Source of the DNA: an uncultured archaeon
GTDB taxonomy: Archaea > Asgardarchaeota > Lokiarchaeia > Sigyniarchaeales > SOKP01
DNA length: 38,453 bases
Assembly (NCBI GenBank): GCA_964508365.1
Contig: CAZDTP010000039.1
Span: forward strand, 1-38,453
Direction: 5' to 3'
Position 1 is the stretch's first letter. The number at the start of each line of letters is the position of its first letter. A program made the position numbers and the translations under genes. A model generated the notes under the pieces. It was given only the letters and a program-made list of their open reading frames with translations. It made no database searches and was not told the DNA's origin. Shown piece by piece: positions 10,327 through 20,889 of the stretch.

Positions 10327-10618
10327 ATTATTTGGTAAAACATCAAATAAACATGTTATTAAGAGGGGTTCAACAAAGTTTTGAAGATGGTACATTCTAT
10401 AACAAAAGCGTTAAACGATAAAAAATAATTGAAAAAAAAGGGAAAGAGTAAAGAAATGGAAGATAATAAGGCTATTTATAATACTTCTTACAAGGACATC
10501 AAAGAACATAATATGAATATAACTTGGCGTTATATTTTAAACAGATAAAAGAAGAAGTATAAAATACCTTAGAAATTATAGTATATTTATAAATAATCAC
10601 AAAAAGTGAAAAAGCATT

Positions 10619-12181
10619 ATGACTACTCAATATATTTTGTCACATGATTTGGGAACAACAGGTGATAAAGCTGTTCTTTTCGATTTAGAATTGAATGCGA
10701 TTCATCATGAAAAAATATCCTATCCTATTTATTACCCAAAAGAAGGATGGGCAGAGCAAGAACCCGAAGATTTTTGGAATGCGGTAAAGAAATCTACAAA
10801 TGAGATTATGCAAAATACAAATATTAATAAACAAGACATTATCGCAATGGTTTTCGACTGTCAAATGAATTGCACAATTTCAATCAATCAAGAAGGAAAT
10901 GCATTGATGCGATGCATAAGTTGGCTCGATACAAGGGCATCGATCATGACTCATAAATTTACAAAAGGATTAATAAAAATTGCGGGATTTGGTTTGAGAA
11001 AGTTACTCCTGTTCATTAAGGTTACAGGAGGGGCTCCTGGTGTGAATGGTAAAGACCCAATTTCTCATATCTTATGGATTAAAGAGCATAAACCAGATGT
11101 TTATAAAAAAACATATAAGTTTTTGAGCGTGAAGGATTTTATTATTTATAAATGTACCAAAAAAGCAGTTACTTCCCGGGATTTGGGTCATACTTCTTGG
11201 ATGATGGATAGCAATCCCGGAAAGTTCGTGTGGTCTGATAAAATTCTAAAAAAATTTAATATCGATAAGGAAAAATTACCCGAGATCAGAAGGTCAGTTG
11301 AAAAAGCAGGAGATCTAACCAAGGATGCTGCAGAACTGTTCGGATTGGTGGAGGGAATCCCAGTATTCGTTGGCTCTGGAGATTTGACTTCAGCAGCAAT
11401 AGGATCTGGAGCGATTTTAGATAATCAACCAATCATTTGCTTAGGAACTTCTGACTGGGTTGCAGCACATACATCTGAAAGATTGAAGGACCTTGTACAT
11501 TATACTGGAAGCATTAGTTCGTCCCAAGATAACTATTTATGCATTTCCAAGCAGGAAACGGGCGCTGCTTGTCTTGATTGGATTGTAAATCAAATGTTTA
11601 AAGATAAAGTGGAAGCTTATACGGGAGATGTAAAAGGATTGTATGAATATTTGAATTCAATGGTTAAATCTAGCCCAGTGGGAGCGAAGAACCTAATTTT
11701 TACACCATGGATGTTTGGGGAAAGAAGTCCTCTGAACGATTCTAAGGTCAGGGCGGGTTTTTATAATCTAAGTCTCAACCATACGAGAGAAGATTTACTT
11801 CGTGCGATATATGAGGGAGTGGGCTATAACATTAAATGGGCCCTGCGAATTATTGAGAAGCTCGTGGGTGAAACTAAAAGGATCAACGTTATCGGTGGGG
11901 GAGCTAATTCTGAAATCTGGTGCCAAATTTTATCCGATATTTTAAATAGAAACATAGTGCAATTGTTAGAACCTGATTTAGCTGGAGCAAAGGGTTCAGC
12001 TATAGTTTCAATAGTAGGCTTGGGCATTTTCAAATCCTTCTCAGAAGCGATTCCTTTGATAAAAATTAAGAAAGAATATAAACCAAATTCCAATACTACC
12101 GAAACATATCAAAAACTCTTTGCTGAATATATGAAAGTGTATAAAAGAAATAAGCAAATGTTTGAACATTTGAATAAATAA
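10619..12181 (+). CDS. FGGY-family carbohydrate kinase (xylulokinase-like)
   Basis: HDLGTTGDKA, GWAEQEPEDFW, ISWLDTRA, GSGDLTSAAIGSG, PWMFGERSP, AIYEGV, IGGGANSEIWCQILSD. Confidence 0.9.
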   Translation: MTTQYILSHDLGTTGDKAVLFDLELNAIHHEKISYPIYYPKEGWAEQEPEDFWNAVKKSTNEIMQNTNINKQDIIAMVFDCQMNCTISINQEGNALMRCISWLDTRASIMTHKFTKGLIKIAGFGLRKLLLFIKVTGGAPGVNGKDPISHILWIKEHKPDVYKKTYKFLSVKDFIIYKCTKKAVTSRDLGHTSWMMDSNPGKFVWSDKILKKFNIDKEKLPEIRRSVEKAGDLTKDAAELFGLVEGIPVFVGSGDLTSAAIGSGAILDNQPIICLGTSDWVAAHTSERLKDLVHYTGSISSSQDNYLCISKQETGAACLDWIVNQMFKDKVEAYTGDVKGLYEYLNSMVKSSPVGAKNLIFTPWMFGERSPLNDSKVRAGFYNLSLNHTREDLLRAIYEGVGYNIKWALRIIEKLVGETKRINVIGGGANSEIWCQILSDILNRNIVQLLEPDLAGAKGSAIVSIVGLGIFKSFSEAIPLIKIKKEYKPNSNTTETYQKLFAEYMKVYKRNKQMFEHLNK

Positions 12182-12453
12182 GGTTTTCTCTAATAACTCA
12201 CTTTTTCTTTTCATTCTTATTTAAAAATTCTGATTAAAAATGCAATTTACCATAGCATAATTCCGTATCGTATTCTATTCTTACTATCCCGTTACTCTGG
12301 TACTTTTAAAATAAATTATTCTGTTCTAGGATGAATTGTTTAAACCAGAAATCCACTACGCCAAGAAGGGATATTTATGGCTCCTATAACTGCAAAATTA
12401 TGGAAGCAACTAACCATAATGAATAAATCATGATACTTCTCCATTACTTAAGA

Positions 12454-13746
12454 CTAGGGAATAAATAATGAAAATAAAATTAAGTAGATAATACTAACTC
12501 CAATATGTATTAAAGTCATCACAGAACCATATTTTAATAATGAGGTATAGTTAAAATCTTCTACGCCATTTTTTTCTGCTAGATTTAAGGTTACTAAATC
12601 ACATGCAGCTCCTTGTGGTAAAAAATTAGAGCCAATATTTATTCCAAGGAGGATTGCCATAATAACAAGGTTAGGAACTTCCCCTATACCATAAATATTT
12701 TCCATTAATGTGATAAATACAAGAGCTGTTGGAATTTGGGCTAAAAAACCTGATAATACGCTTATCATCATCAAAATGGTTATAGCAGCTATAAGAGGAT
12801 TATCCGAGATAAAGCCTTCTACTACATCACCAATAAATATAAAAGTTCCATTTATTTGCATTGTACCCATAAGGAGGAATATTCCTATAAAAAATGTAAT
12901 AACCTTTAGATCAGTTTTTAGAAGAATTTCTGTAAAGTTTTTTCTATTTATAAGACACATTATCACTGCACCAACAACAGCAACTATATAAGCTTCAGGA
13001 ATAATGATGAATCCCATAATTATACCCACAAAAAATATTGAATTGAAGATAAATTTCTTTTTATTAACAATAATCATGTTAGGATCCATGATATCAAGAA
13101 GAATTTTCCTATAACTCTCAGGAGGGGGTTCCTGTTTTCTAAGCATAGTAAAATCTATAAGGAAAAGGGTATAAATTAGGGTTGGAATAACAATTAGAGA
13201 AAAATTAGTTATGAAGTAAGCAAAATTAAGTGAAAAAGCGTTCGCTATAAGAATATTCTCAGCTGAACTAAAAGGAGTATAAATTGACCCGATATTAATC
13301 GTAAAACTTAGGCCAAAAAGATAAGGTGCTGGATTAATTTTCAATATTCTACATGCTCGTATGACAAGGGGTACAAAAATAATCCCTACTGTAATATCAG
13401 AGATAAATGCTGATGTCATACTTGCCATAATGCAGATTAAAAAGAAGAATTTTCTATGATCAGCTTTCGTCCAATGAAGGGTTTTCAAGATGATCCACCT
13501 AAATATTTTATGTTCTTCCAAAATAGCAACAATAATTTGCATACAGATTATAAAAAATAACGGTTCAAATTCGATATAGGTTATAAATTCTGTAAACCCA
13601 ACACCAAAGATTGTACCTGCAATAACACAAGCAATAACTGCTGACAGTAATGTAAATGAAATATAATCTATTCGCTCATTTGTAAAGATTATCATTATCG
13701 CTATAAATAGAACAGCTGATATAATAACTGATGCTATTTCATACAT
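12454..13746 (-). CDS. SLC13/ArsB/CitMHS-family ion transporter permease
   Basis: About 11 TM segments; TINIGSIYTPFSSAENILI and NIGSNFLPQGAACDLV hairpin motifs. Confidence 0.8.
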   Translation of the reverse strand: MYEIASVIISAVLFIAIMIIFTNERIDYISFTLLSAVIACVIAGTIFGVGFTEFITYIEFEPLFFIICMQIIVAILEEHKIFRWIILKTLHWTKADHRKFFFLICIMASMTSAFISDITVGIIFVPLVIRACRILKINPAPYLFGLSFTINIGSIYTPFSSAENILIANAFSLNFAYFITNFSLIVIPTLIYTLFLIDFTMLRKQEPPPESYRKILLDIMDPNMIIVNKKKFIFNSIFFVGIIMGFIIIPEAYIVAVVGAVIMCLINRKNFTEILLKTDLKVITFFIGIFLLMGTMQINGTFIFIGDVVEGFISDNPLIAAITILMMISVLSGFLAQIPTALVFITLMENIYGIGEVPNLVIMAILLGINIGSNFLPQGAACDLVTLNLAEKNGVEDFNYTSLLKYGSVMTLIHIGVSIIYLILFSLFIP

Positions 13747-13768
13747 CTTACCCTAATCCTCAATTATT

Positions 13769-14095
13769 TTAATTAGATCTAGCTAATTCATATTTCTTTA
13801 ACTTGCTTATTAAGTTTTGACAATTAAAGTCTGATAAAATAAACGTTCTAATGATATAAATTTTATTTAAAAATAATCCCTTTAGGCTAATTTTCTTCTC
13901 ACTATTCCGGTAATTGTTAACAAGCACCAGTGAAACTGCTATAACAAATAAAAATATCCCAGAAATGAAAAAACGAAGAAATATTATAGTCATAATTGAA
14001 ATCTCTGAAAATAAACCCTTTACAATTATAGGGATAAAACTCCATAGAAGGTTTGCGACAATCAGATTATATAGATATTTACTGGGAAGCTTCAT
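13769..14095 (-). pseudogene. Truncated DMT/EamA-family transporter (5' fragment)
   Basis: ANLLWSFIPIIVK...TIIFLRF is the first EamA repeat; the frame loses hydrophobic character after about 75 aa and stops at 108 aa. Confidence 0.6.
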
Positions 14096-14309
14096 TCCAC
14101 ATTCACAATTACTACATATTAATAGTAGAAATTAAATTTTCTTTCTCTTTTATTCTTATCTAAGAATATTTATACTTTCTTCCGAGTTCTTATACTATCT
14201 ATACCCACACATTTCCCAATTATATCCATCATAACAAAAATTACTATTTTATCAAAAAATAATATAAATTATCTGATATACATATAACTAAAATCAATTG
14301 TGAAGTTCT

Positions 14310-15569
14310 ATGCCAAATTCAAAAGATTATATAGAAATGGATAATGAATATTGTGCTCATAACTATCATCCTATCCCCGTAGTGATTTCTAAAGCAGATG
14401 GAGTATGGGTTTACGATCCTGAGGGTAAAAAATATTTGGATTGCCTATCTGCTTACTCTTCGCTAAATGCGGGACATTGTCACCCAGAAATTATTAAGGC
14501 CTTAAAAGAACAAGCTGAAAAAGTTACCTTAACTTCTCGAGCTTTTTATAACGATGTAATGGGTCCCTTTCTTAAACGCTTATGCGAAGTAATAGGACCT
14601 CATGTAAATGATCCTAATAAATCAGGTATTATGGCCCTTCCCATGAACACCGGTACTGAAGCGGTATCAACTGGGTTAAAGGTTGCCAGAGCTTGGGGCT
14701 ACATTAAAAAGAAAATACCTAAAAATGAAGCTAAAATAATTATCTGTAGAGGTAATTTTCATGGAAGATCTATAACAATTGTAGGATTTAGCACAGACAT
14801 AGAAGCAGTAAGATATTACGGTAATTTTGGACCTTACACTCCTGGTTTTATTACAATTCCTTATGGAGATGCTGAAGAATTGGAAAAAAATATATTGGAA
14901 TTAGGTCCTGAAAATGTAGCAGCTTTCTTATTCGAGCCAATTCAAGGAGAGGCAGGGGTTAAAGTTCCTCCAGAGGGATTTATTAAAAAAGTTCGAGAAA
15001 TTTGCATAAAATATAATGTTCTAATGATAGCTGACGAAATACAGACTGGTTTTGGGAGAACCGGAGAATTACTTGCGTGTGATCACGAAAATGTGAAACC
15101 TGATGTGATTTTACTTGGAAAAGCACTTGGAGGTGGCGTTTACCCCGTTTCTGCAGTAGTTTCTACTAAAGATGTCATTGGTCCTGATGTTATTAAACCT
15201 GGAACTCATGGAAGCACATTTGGTGGAAATCCTTTAGCTTCAGCTGTCGCTATGAAATCTTTAGAAGTCCATATCGATGATCATTTAGCGCAACGGTCCA
15301 AAGAATTCGGAACCTATTTCTTGGATGGTCTTCGCAAAATAGCAGAAAAGAAGACAATAGTACCTATAAAAGAGGTTAGAGGTAAAGGATTATTGATGGC
15401 GATCGAGTTTGAATCAGATGCAAGACATATAGTAGAATTATTTAAAGATAATGGAATATTAGCAAAACATACTCATTCTACTAGTATTCGTTTTGCCCCT
15501 CCGCTAATTATAACTAAGGATCAAATCGACTGGGCTCTTAAAATTATCGAAGATGTACTAGTAGTTTAA
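14310..15569 (+). CDS. rocD: Ornithine aminotransferase (class III PLP)
   Basis: AHNYHPIPVV, DCLSAYSSLNAGHCHP, TLTSRAF, MNTGTEAV, NFHGRS, EPIQGEAGV, DEIQTG, PLP Lys in LGKALGGG, HGSTFGGNPL. Confidence 0.92.
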   Translation: MPNSKDYIEMDNEYCAHNYHPIPVVISKADGVWVYDPEGKKYLDCLSAYSSLNAGHCHPEIIKALKEQAEKVTLTSRAFYNDVMGPFLKRLCEVIGPHVNDPNKSGIMALPMNTGTEAVSTGLKVARAWGYIKKKIPKNEAKIIICRGNFHGRSITIVGFSTDIEAVRYYGNFGPYTPGFITIPYGDAEELEKNILELGPENVAAFLFEPIQGEAGVKVPPEGFIKKVREICIKYNVLMIADEIQTGFGRTGELLACDHENVKPDVILLGKALGGGVYPVSAVVSTKDVIGPDVIKPGTHGSTFGGNPLASAVAMKSLEVHIDDHLAQRSKEFGTYFLDGLRKIAEKKTIVPIKEVRGKGLLMAIEFESDARHIVELFKDNGILAKHTHSTSIRFAPPLIITKDQIDWALKIIEDVLVV

Positions 15570-15592
15570 AAGTTTTAACATTCAATTATGTT

Positions 15593-16516
15593 CTATATTT
15601 TTTTATTATCTTCTATAAAGAAATGAGTACCTGCCTTACCTTCGAGAGCTTCTTTAATTTTTTCTATTGATGTAATAATAGCTTGCTCACCGCCTGATTC
15701 TAAGAAGTTAATAACTGCTTGAATTTTAGGACCCATGCTTCCCGGAGGAAAATGCCCTTGTTTTAAATAATTTTTAGCATCTGTAGTTGAAACCTTATCG
15801 AGGTATTTATAATCAACTCTTCCATAATTTAAAGCGACTTTTTCGACATCTGTAGCAATTAAGAGGATATCTGCATTTATCTGTTCTCCTAATTTTGCAC
15901 TAGCTAAATCTTTGTCGATAACCGCTTCAACACCTTGAAAACGAGATCCTTCTTTAATAACAGGAATTCCACCACCACCACATGATATAACGATAAAATT
16001 TTCCCGTATTAACTTCTGAATTTCTCGAGATTGAATTATCCTTATTGGTTTTGGTGAAGGGACAACGCGCCTCCATCCCTTTGAAGTTTTTACATACCCA
16101 GGGCGTTTTCTTTTGTATGTCGGCCCAATTGGTTTGGTAGGGCGAACAAAAGCTATATCATTAGGGTCAACTTCAACATAAGTTAAAACTGTTAAGAAAT
16201 ATTTTTCTAGATCCGTACCAAGTCGCATGAGTTCCTCGTCAAGAGTAGATTCAATTAAAAATCCTATTTGTCCTTGAGTTTCAGCGACTAATATCTGCAA
16301 AGGCATTTTCGTAATCTCATCAGACGCTTCTTGTTGAAGAAGTAGTGCACCTACTTGAGGTCCATTCCCATGTGTAATAATAATATGATATTTTTCTGAT
16401 AATTCAGCAATTTGCTTTATAGGCGCTTGTAGATTATTAATCATCTGTTCGGGTGTTCCTCTTTCTCCCGGTTTTATGAGAGCATTTCCTCCAAGCGCAA
16501 CAATTAGAGTTTTCAT
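15593..16516 (-). CDS. arcC: Carbamate kinase
   Basis: VALGGNAL, THGNGPQVG, TQGQIG, KPIGP, RRVVPSP, GGGGIPV, VIDKD, GSMGPKI. Confidence 0.95.
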   Translation of the reverse strand: MKTLIVALGGNALIKPGERGTPEQMINNLQAPIKQIAELSEKYHIIITHGNGPQVGALLLQQEASDEITKMPLQILVAETQGQIGFLIESTLDEELMRLGTDLEKYFLTVLTYVEVDPNDIAFVRPTKPIGPTYKRKRPGYVKTSKGWRRVVPSPKPIRIIQSREIQKLIRENFIVISCGGGGIPVIKEGSRFQGVEAVIDKDLASAKLGEQINADILLIATDVEKVALNYGRVDYKYLDKVSTTDAKNYLKQGHFPPGSMGPKIQAVINFLESGGEQAIITSIEKIKEALEGKAGTHFFIEDNKKI

Positions 16517-16581
16517 TCAAGAGAACCTTTACTACAAACAATATAAAAGCAAATGAAAAATAATAATATTTTACTTATTAT

Positions 16582-17514
16582 TTAAAACTTATCTCGTAAG
16601 AAGAGCATTATAGCTTTTTGAGCGTGTAATCTATTTTCCGCTTGATCGAATACAAATGATTGAGGACCATCTATAACTTCAGTAGTTTGTTCATAACCTC
16701 TTTTTGCTGGTAAGCAGTTCATAAAAATTGCGTCTGGTTTTGCTGTTTCCATTATTTTTGAGTTAACTTGGAATGGCGTGAATATTATCCGCCGCTCTTC
16801 TTCTTTTTCAGCTGGAATGCCGTAAGACATCCAAGAATCGGTATATATTACATCAGAGTCCTTCGCAGCCTTATAAGCATCGTGGATCACGCTTATTTTT
16901 GCTCCAGTTTTCTTTGATATTTGAGAAACTTCATCAAGAACGACTTGTTCAGGCGTGTATTCTGTTCCAATGGGACAAGCAACATCTAAAGTCAGCCCAA
17001 AAATCGCAGCAATCCGCATTAAATCGTAAGTTACATTATTATGGGCATCTCCGAAATAACCAATTTTAAGATTATCCAATCTTCCTTTTTTCTCTTTTAT
17101 TGTCAAGAAATCTCCCATCATTTGGCAAGGATGTGCGAAATCATCCAGCATGTTGATTACCGGCACTTCCGCGTATTTAGCTAAATCCCACATATCGTGT
17201 CTTTTAAACAATCTTGCTGCTATTAAATTTACATACCTTGAAGCCGCTTTTGCTGTATCCTGGATATTTTCTTTTTTACCAAGAGGAGAATCCTTAATTG
17301 AATAAAAAATAGCATGACCTCCTAATTGTTGCATTCCTACTTCAAAGGAGATTCTTGTTCTTAAGGAAGGCTTTTCAAATATCATTAAAAGCGTTTCTCC
17401 TTTAAGACTAGATCTAAAATCTTGTGGATTCCTCTTAATTTCTATTGCCTTTTTTATAATCTTCTCAATTTCCGCTTTAGAAAAATCAGAAATTTTTACT
17501 AAATGTCGAACCAT
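16582..17514 (-). CDS. arcB: Ornithine carbamoyltransferase
   Basis: FEKPSLRTR, HPCQ, GDAHNNV, YTDSWMSYG, NCLP, AENRLH; adjacent to carbamate kinase. Confidence 0.92.
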   Translation of the reverse strand: MVRHLVKISDFSKAEIEKIIKKAIEIKRNPQDFRSSLKGETLLMIFEKPSLRTRISFEVGMQQLGGHAIFYSIKDSPLGKKENIQDTAKAASRYVNLIAARLFKRHDMWDLAKYAEVPVINMLDDFAHPCQMMGDFLTIKEKKGRLDNLKIGYFGDAHNNVTYDLMRIAAIFGLTLDVACPIGTEYTPEQVVLDEVSQISKKTGAKISVIHDAYKAAKDSDVIYTDSWMSYGIPAEKEEERRIIFTPFQVNSKIMETAKPDAIFMNCLPAKRGYEQTTEVIDGPQSFVFDQAENRLHAQKAIMLFLRDKF

Positions 17515-17608
17515 TTTAACATCATTTTACTTTTTTTAAATAGATATTCAAGGATTAATAGCCTATATTGATCTATTAATAAATATATCAAATAATAATT
17601 TATTTTTT

Positions 17609-18775
17609 TTACTTTAAATCTTCTATTTTATAATAATCACGACCGTAAGCAAGTTCTCCTAACATTTGAAGATCTTTCGAACTTAACTTTTCTATGATTA
17701 CACGACTAAGAAGCTCGCCGAGTCCAGGTCCAAGCATAAAACCTTGGCCACACATACCGACAGCATTAATGTATCCATCAATGTCATCGATTTTACCAAT
17801 TATAGGGTTTCCATCAGGAGTCATAGGATATAATCCTCTCCAAGTCCTTCTAATTTTGATGTTTTTTAATCGTGGCAGTAAATTAACCATTCGCTTTGTG
17901 ATTTGTGGTAAAAATGAGCTAGTTTCGAAACGATTCAATCCGGGAATCTTAGGTTCTGGTGTAAGGCAAAATAGGATTTTTCCTTCTTTATTTTGATAGA
18001 AATAGTAATTTTTTGAGTTTCCAAATGTCTTATCTATAGCAGGTTTAATATCTATTATCATCGTAGAAAAGAATTTTTTTACGGGTTCAGTAATCCCTGC
18101 CTCATGGCTTTCTGGAACAACAGGTAAATCAATATTAATCATGTTACCAATATCTATAGCGTGAGCTCCTGTTGCGTTAATTACTGTTTGTGTTTTGTAT
18201 TCTGCTTTATTAGTTTTTACGCCTGTTACATTTTTATTCTGTATCGTGATAGCAATAACTTTTTCGTTAAAGTTATATTCTGCACCAAATTCTTTTGATT
18301 TACGATAAAATGCATGAAGTGCTAATAAAGGAGATGAATTTCCATCTTCAGGGCTATATGTACCACCTAATAAATTATCATCATTTATTCCTGGTACTAA
18401 TTCTTTGATCTTTTCTGCATCCAAATAGTCTATATTTAATCCATATTCTTTTTGCTGGCGAACTGAAGTCTTTAGCATTTGTTCGTGTTCAGTAGTAAAT
18501 GCAAGAAAGCAATAACCACCTTGTTCCCACCAAATATCGTCTCCATACAATTCTTTCCAAGAAGCAAAAATATCTATTGATCTCTGGCATAACCAAATCT
18601 TGCTTTTAAGTGAATGAGTTGCCCTAATTCCCCCAATAGCGTGTTTATTATCGCCTTGAGCGACAGAAGGTAAACTATCAATGACAAGTGTTTTAAGTCC
18701 ACTTTCTGCTGTGGCTAAAGCAGTTGGGACGCCTATACTTCCAGCTCCTACGATGATAACATCGTATTCCACCAA
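17609..18775 (-). CDS. FAD-dependent amino-acid oxidoreductase (DAO family; proline dehydrogenase/sarcosine oxidase beta-like)
   Basis: VIIVGAGSIG FAD motif, GYCFLA, PEDG, VINATGA, RTWRGLYPMTPDGNPIIG, GMCGQGFMLGP. Confidence 0.85.
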   Translation of the reverse strand: MVEYDVIIVGAGSIGVPTALATAESGLKTLVIDSLPSVAQGDNKHAIGGIRATHSLKSKIWLCQRSIDIFASWKELYGDDIWWEQGGYCFLAFTTEHEQMLKTSVRQQKEYGLNIDYLDAEKIKELVPGINDDNLLGGTYSPEDGNSSPLLALHAFYRKSKEFGAEYNFNEKVIAITIQNKNVTGVKTNKAEYKTQTVINATGAHAIDIGNMINIDLPVVPESHEAGITEPVKKFFSTMIIDIKPAIDKTFGNSKNYYFYQNKEGKILFCLTPEPKIPGLNRFETSSFLPQITKRMVNLLPRLKNIKIRRTWRGLYPMTPDGNPIIGKIDDIDGYINAVGMCGQGFMLGPGLGELLSRVIIEKLSSKDLQMLGELAYGRDYYKIEDLK

Positions 18776-18777
18776 AA

Positions 18778-20862
18778 CTATTTACCTCCTTTCTTTGTTT
18801 TTATTCCCGCGAAAGCGCCCATAGGAACTTCTACAAACATCGGTCGTTTTGTGCCTGGATTAATATTTTCTTGTTTTATCCCTTCTTCTCGGAAAATTCT
18901 ATTAATTAGCGAGGTGCAAGTTTTTCCACCACAGGCTCCCATCCCCGCCTTAGTTAATGCTTTCAACTCGTTAAAGTCATGCACTCCATAACGAATCCAT
19001 TTTCGTATCTCCCCTACCGAAACTCTTTCGCATCTACACACTATAATATCGTCATCGGTGTATGGTTGCTGAAAGAGATCTATTGCCTCAGTATAACTTG
19101 ATTTTATAAGTTTAATACCAACTGCAATTTTTGCAATTTTTGAAGGCAACTTAACTGAAACTAATTGAGTTTTGGGAAATTCATTAAGAAATCGTGCTCG
19201 TATAACTTCAAACTCTCCTAATTCCCCATCGTTACTAACAACCATGACTGTTCGACCAACTTCAATTTTTTCAGAAGTTAATTCTAAAGGAAAAGTAACT
19301 ACTGGAGAATTTTTGTCTTTTCTATAGTCAATTAAAGTTATAGCTAATCCCGGACAAACCGCTACGCATTTTCCACAGCCAATACAATCTTGGTCGTCGA
19401 TAAAATACGGCAATTGAGTAATTAAATCGTCAACCGTCTTGATTTGCTGCTGAGGACACACACTCGTACAAGGATTGCATGGTATTTCTTGATTACAATG
19501 AAATAGTGGAAAGATGCCTTCTTCCTTTCTTATCACTTCCGTTTGAACAGGATCTGGAGGTTTTGCTCTCATTATATTAGCGAAATCTTCTAACTCTTCA
19601 AGATTTTCCGTAATTGAAACTCCAATTTCTTTTAAGATTTTTAACGCTTCAATTTTGCCGGTAAAGATTGCGGCAGAAGCTTCAGCTATTTCTTGGGCGT
19701 CACCAGCAATCCATACCTTCATATTAAATTCCTGCGCTTTATGGTAAAACTCATTTACAGGATCTAATCCAACTGCGATTAATAGAGTATCACAAGCAAA
19801 TGTTTTTTCGGATCCAGGTTCAACATCCCAGCTATCCGTTAGCTTACCAATAGTAACGGATTCTAGGTTATCTTTCCCGTTTGCGGATATCACCGTGTGA
19901 TTCGTATAGATAGGAACACCTAATCGTTTTAATTTGTCTTCATGAACTTTATATCCTCCACATTGTGATAAAGCTTCAATTAAACCTACAACATTTATCC
20001 CAGCTTGTATCGCATGATATCCTGCTATTAACCCAACATTACCTCCTCCAACAATGAATACATTTTCCGCTGCTTTTATCAAATCTCGATTTACTAAGGT
20101 TTGAAAAGCACCAGCGCCATACACTCCAGGAAGCGTGTTACCGGGAAATACAAGCATCTTTTCTCTTGCGCCAGTTGCAATTAATAAGTACTTAGGTTTA
20201 ATCAAAACATATTCGTCCATATCTTTGATAATCCCTACTAAGCCATCACTAAAAATCGCTATAACTATACTATTGACCCAAATTTTTACTGATTTAAGAT
20301 TGGATACTATTTCTCCGAGTATCTTTCCTATCTCTATACCACGTGTACCTGCATATACATCTTCTTGAGACCCAAAAAATTTATGAGTTTGAAGTACTAA
20401 TTTGCCTCCTAATTTTGATTTATCATCGACTAAAATAACATCAATATTACTTTCTCCTAAAACTTTTGTAGCAGAAAGTCCTGCAGGACCTCCACCTATT
20501 ACTAAGACTTCAGTATTTATTACATTTATATCTCTGACTTCAACGCGATCATCTTCCGAAGGTAATTCTGGTAAACCATTACAGCTCTCAATTATCATAC
20601 CTTCAGTTAATGGCGTCATACATGCTTTAACTGGGACTCCATCGGCGATTACATTACATTGAGAACATTGGCCATTCGCGCAAAAAAGTCCCTGCGGGCT
20701 GCTATCTTTTATATGATGACCAAAAGTTTTAATTTTATTTAAAAATAGAGCGGAAGATATAACCATCCCCTCGAATCCGTTAAGAGGTTTTCCATCAAAT
20801 TTAAAACCTATTTTCTTCTTATCGGGAATTTCCAGAATGGGGTGTTTGGTTATATTTTCCAT
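18778..20862 (-). CDS. Fused 2Fe-2S / FAD-NAD(P) / 4Fe-4S / BFD-like oxidoreductase (proline dehydrogenase/sarcosine oxidase alpha-like)
   Basis: CANGQCSQC...KAC (2Fe-2S); GGGPAG and GGGNVG dinucleotide motifs; CNQEIPCNPCTSVCP and CIGCGKCVAVCPG (ferredoxin); CRCERV...GMGACGGKTC (BFD-like). Confidence 0.85.
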   Translation of the reverse strand: MENITKHPILEIPDKKKIGFKFDGKPLNGFEGMVISSALFLNKIKTFGHHIKDSSPQGLFCANGQCSQCNVIADGVPVKACMTPLTEGMIIESCNGLPELPSEDDRVEVRDINVINTEVLVIGGGPAGLSATKVLGESNIDVILVDDKSKLGGKLVLQTHKFFGSQEDVYAGTRGIEIGKILGEIVSNLKSVKIWVNSIVIAIFSDGLVGIIKDMDEYVLIKPKYLLIATGAREKMLVFPGNTLPGVYGAGAFQTLVNRDLIKAAENVFIVGGGNVGLIAGYHAIQAGINVVGLIEALSQCGGYKVHEDKLKRLGVPIYTNHTVISANGKDNLESVTIGKLTDSWDVEPGSEKTFACDTLLIAVGLDPVNEFYHKAQEFNMKVWIAGDAQEIAEASAAIFTGKIEALKILKEIGVSITENLEELEDFANIMRAKPPDPVQTEVIRKEEGIFPLFHCNQEIPCNPCTSVCPQQQIKTVDDLITQLPYFIDDQDCIGCGKCVAVCPGLAITLIDYRKDKNSPVVTFPLELTSEKIEVGRTVMVVSNDGELGEFEVIRARFLNEFPKTQLVSVKLPSKIAKIAVGIKLIKSSYTEAIDLFQQPYTDDDIIVCRCERVSVGEIRKWIRYGVHDFNELKALTKAGMGACGGKTCTSLINRIFREEGIKQENINPGTKRPMFVEVPMGAFAGIKTKKGGK

Positions 20863-20889
20863 CTAGAATCAAGTTTAAATAATATTTTA

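Noticed and set aside
10456-10548. 30-aa ORF between ggt and the FGGY kinase
   Set aside because: No recognisable motif or clear RBS; consistent with chance in AT-rich intergenic DNA.
12190-12450. Possible decayed membrane-protein gene between the kinase and the SLC13 permease
   Set aside because: Only short hydrophobic frames with several stops; no family could be recognised.
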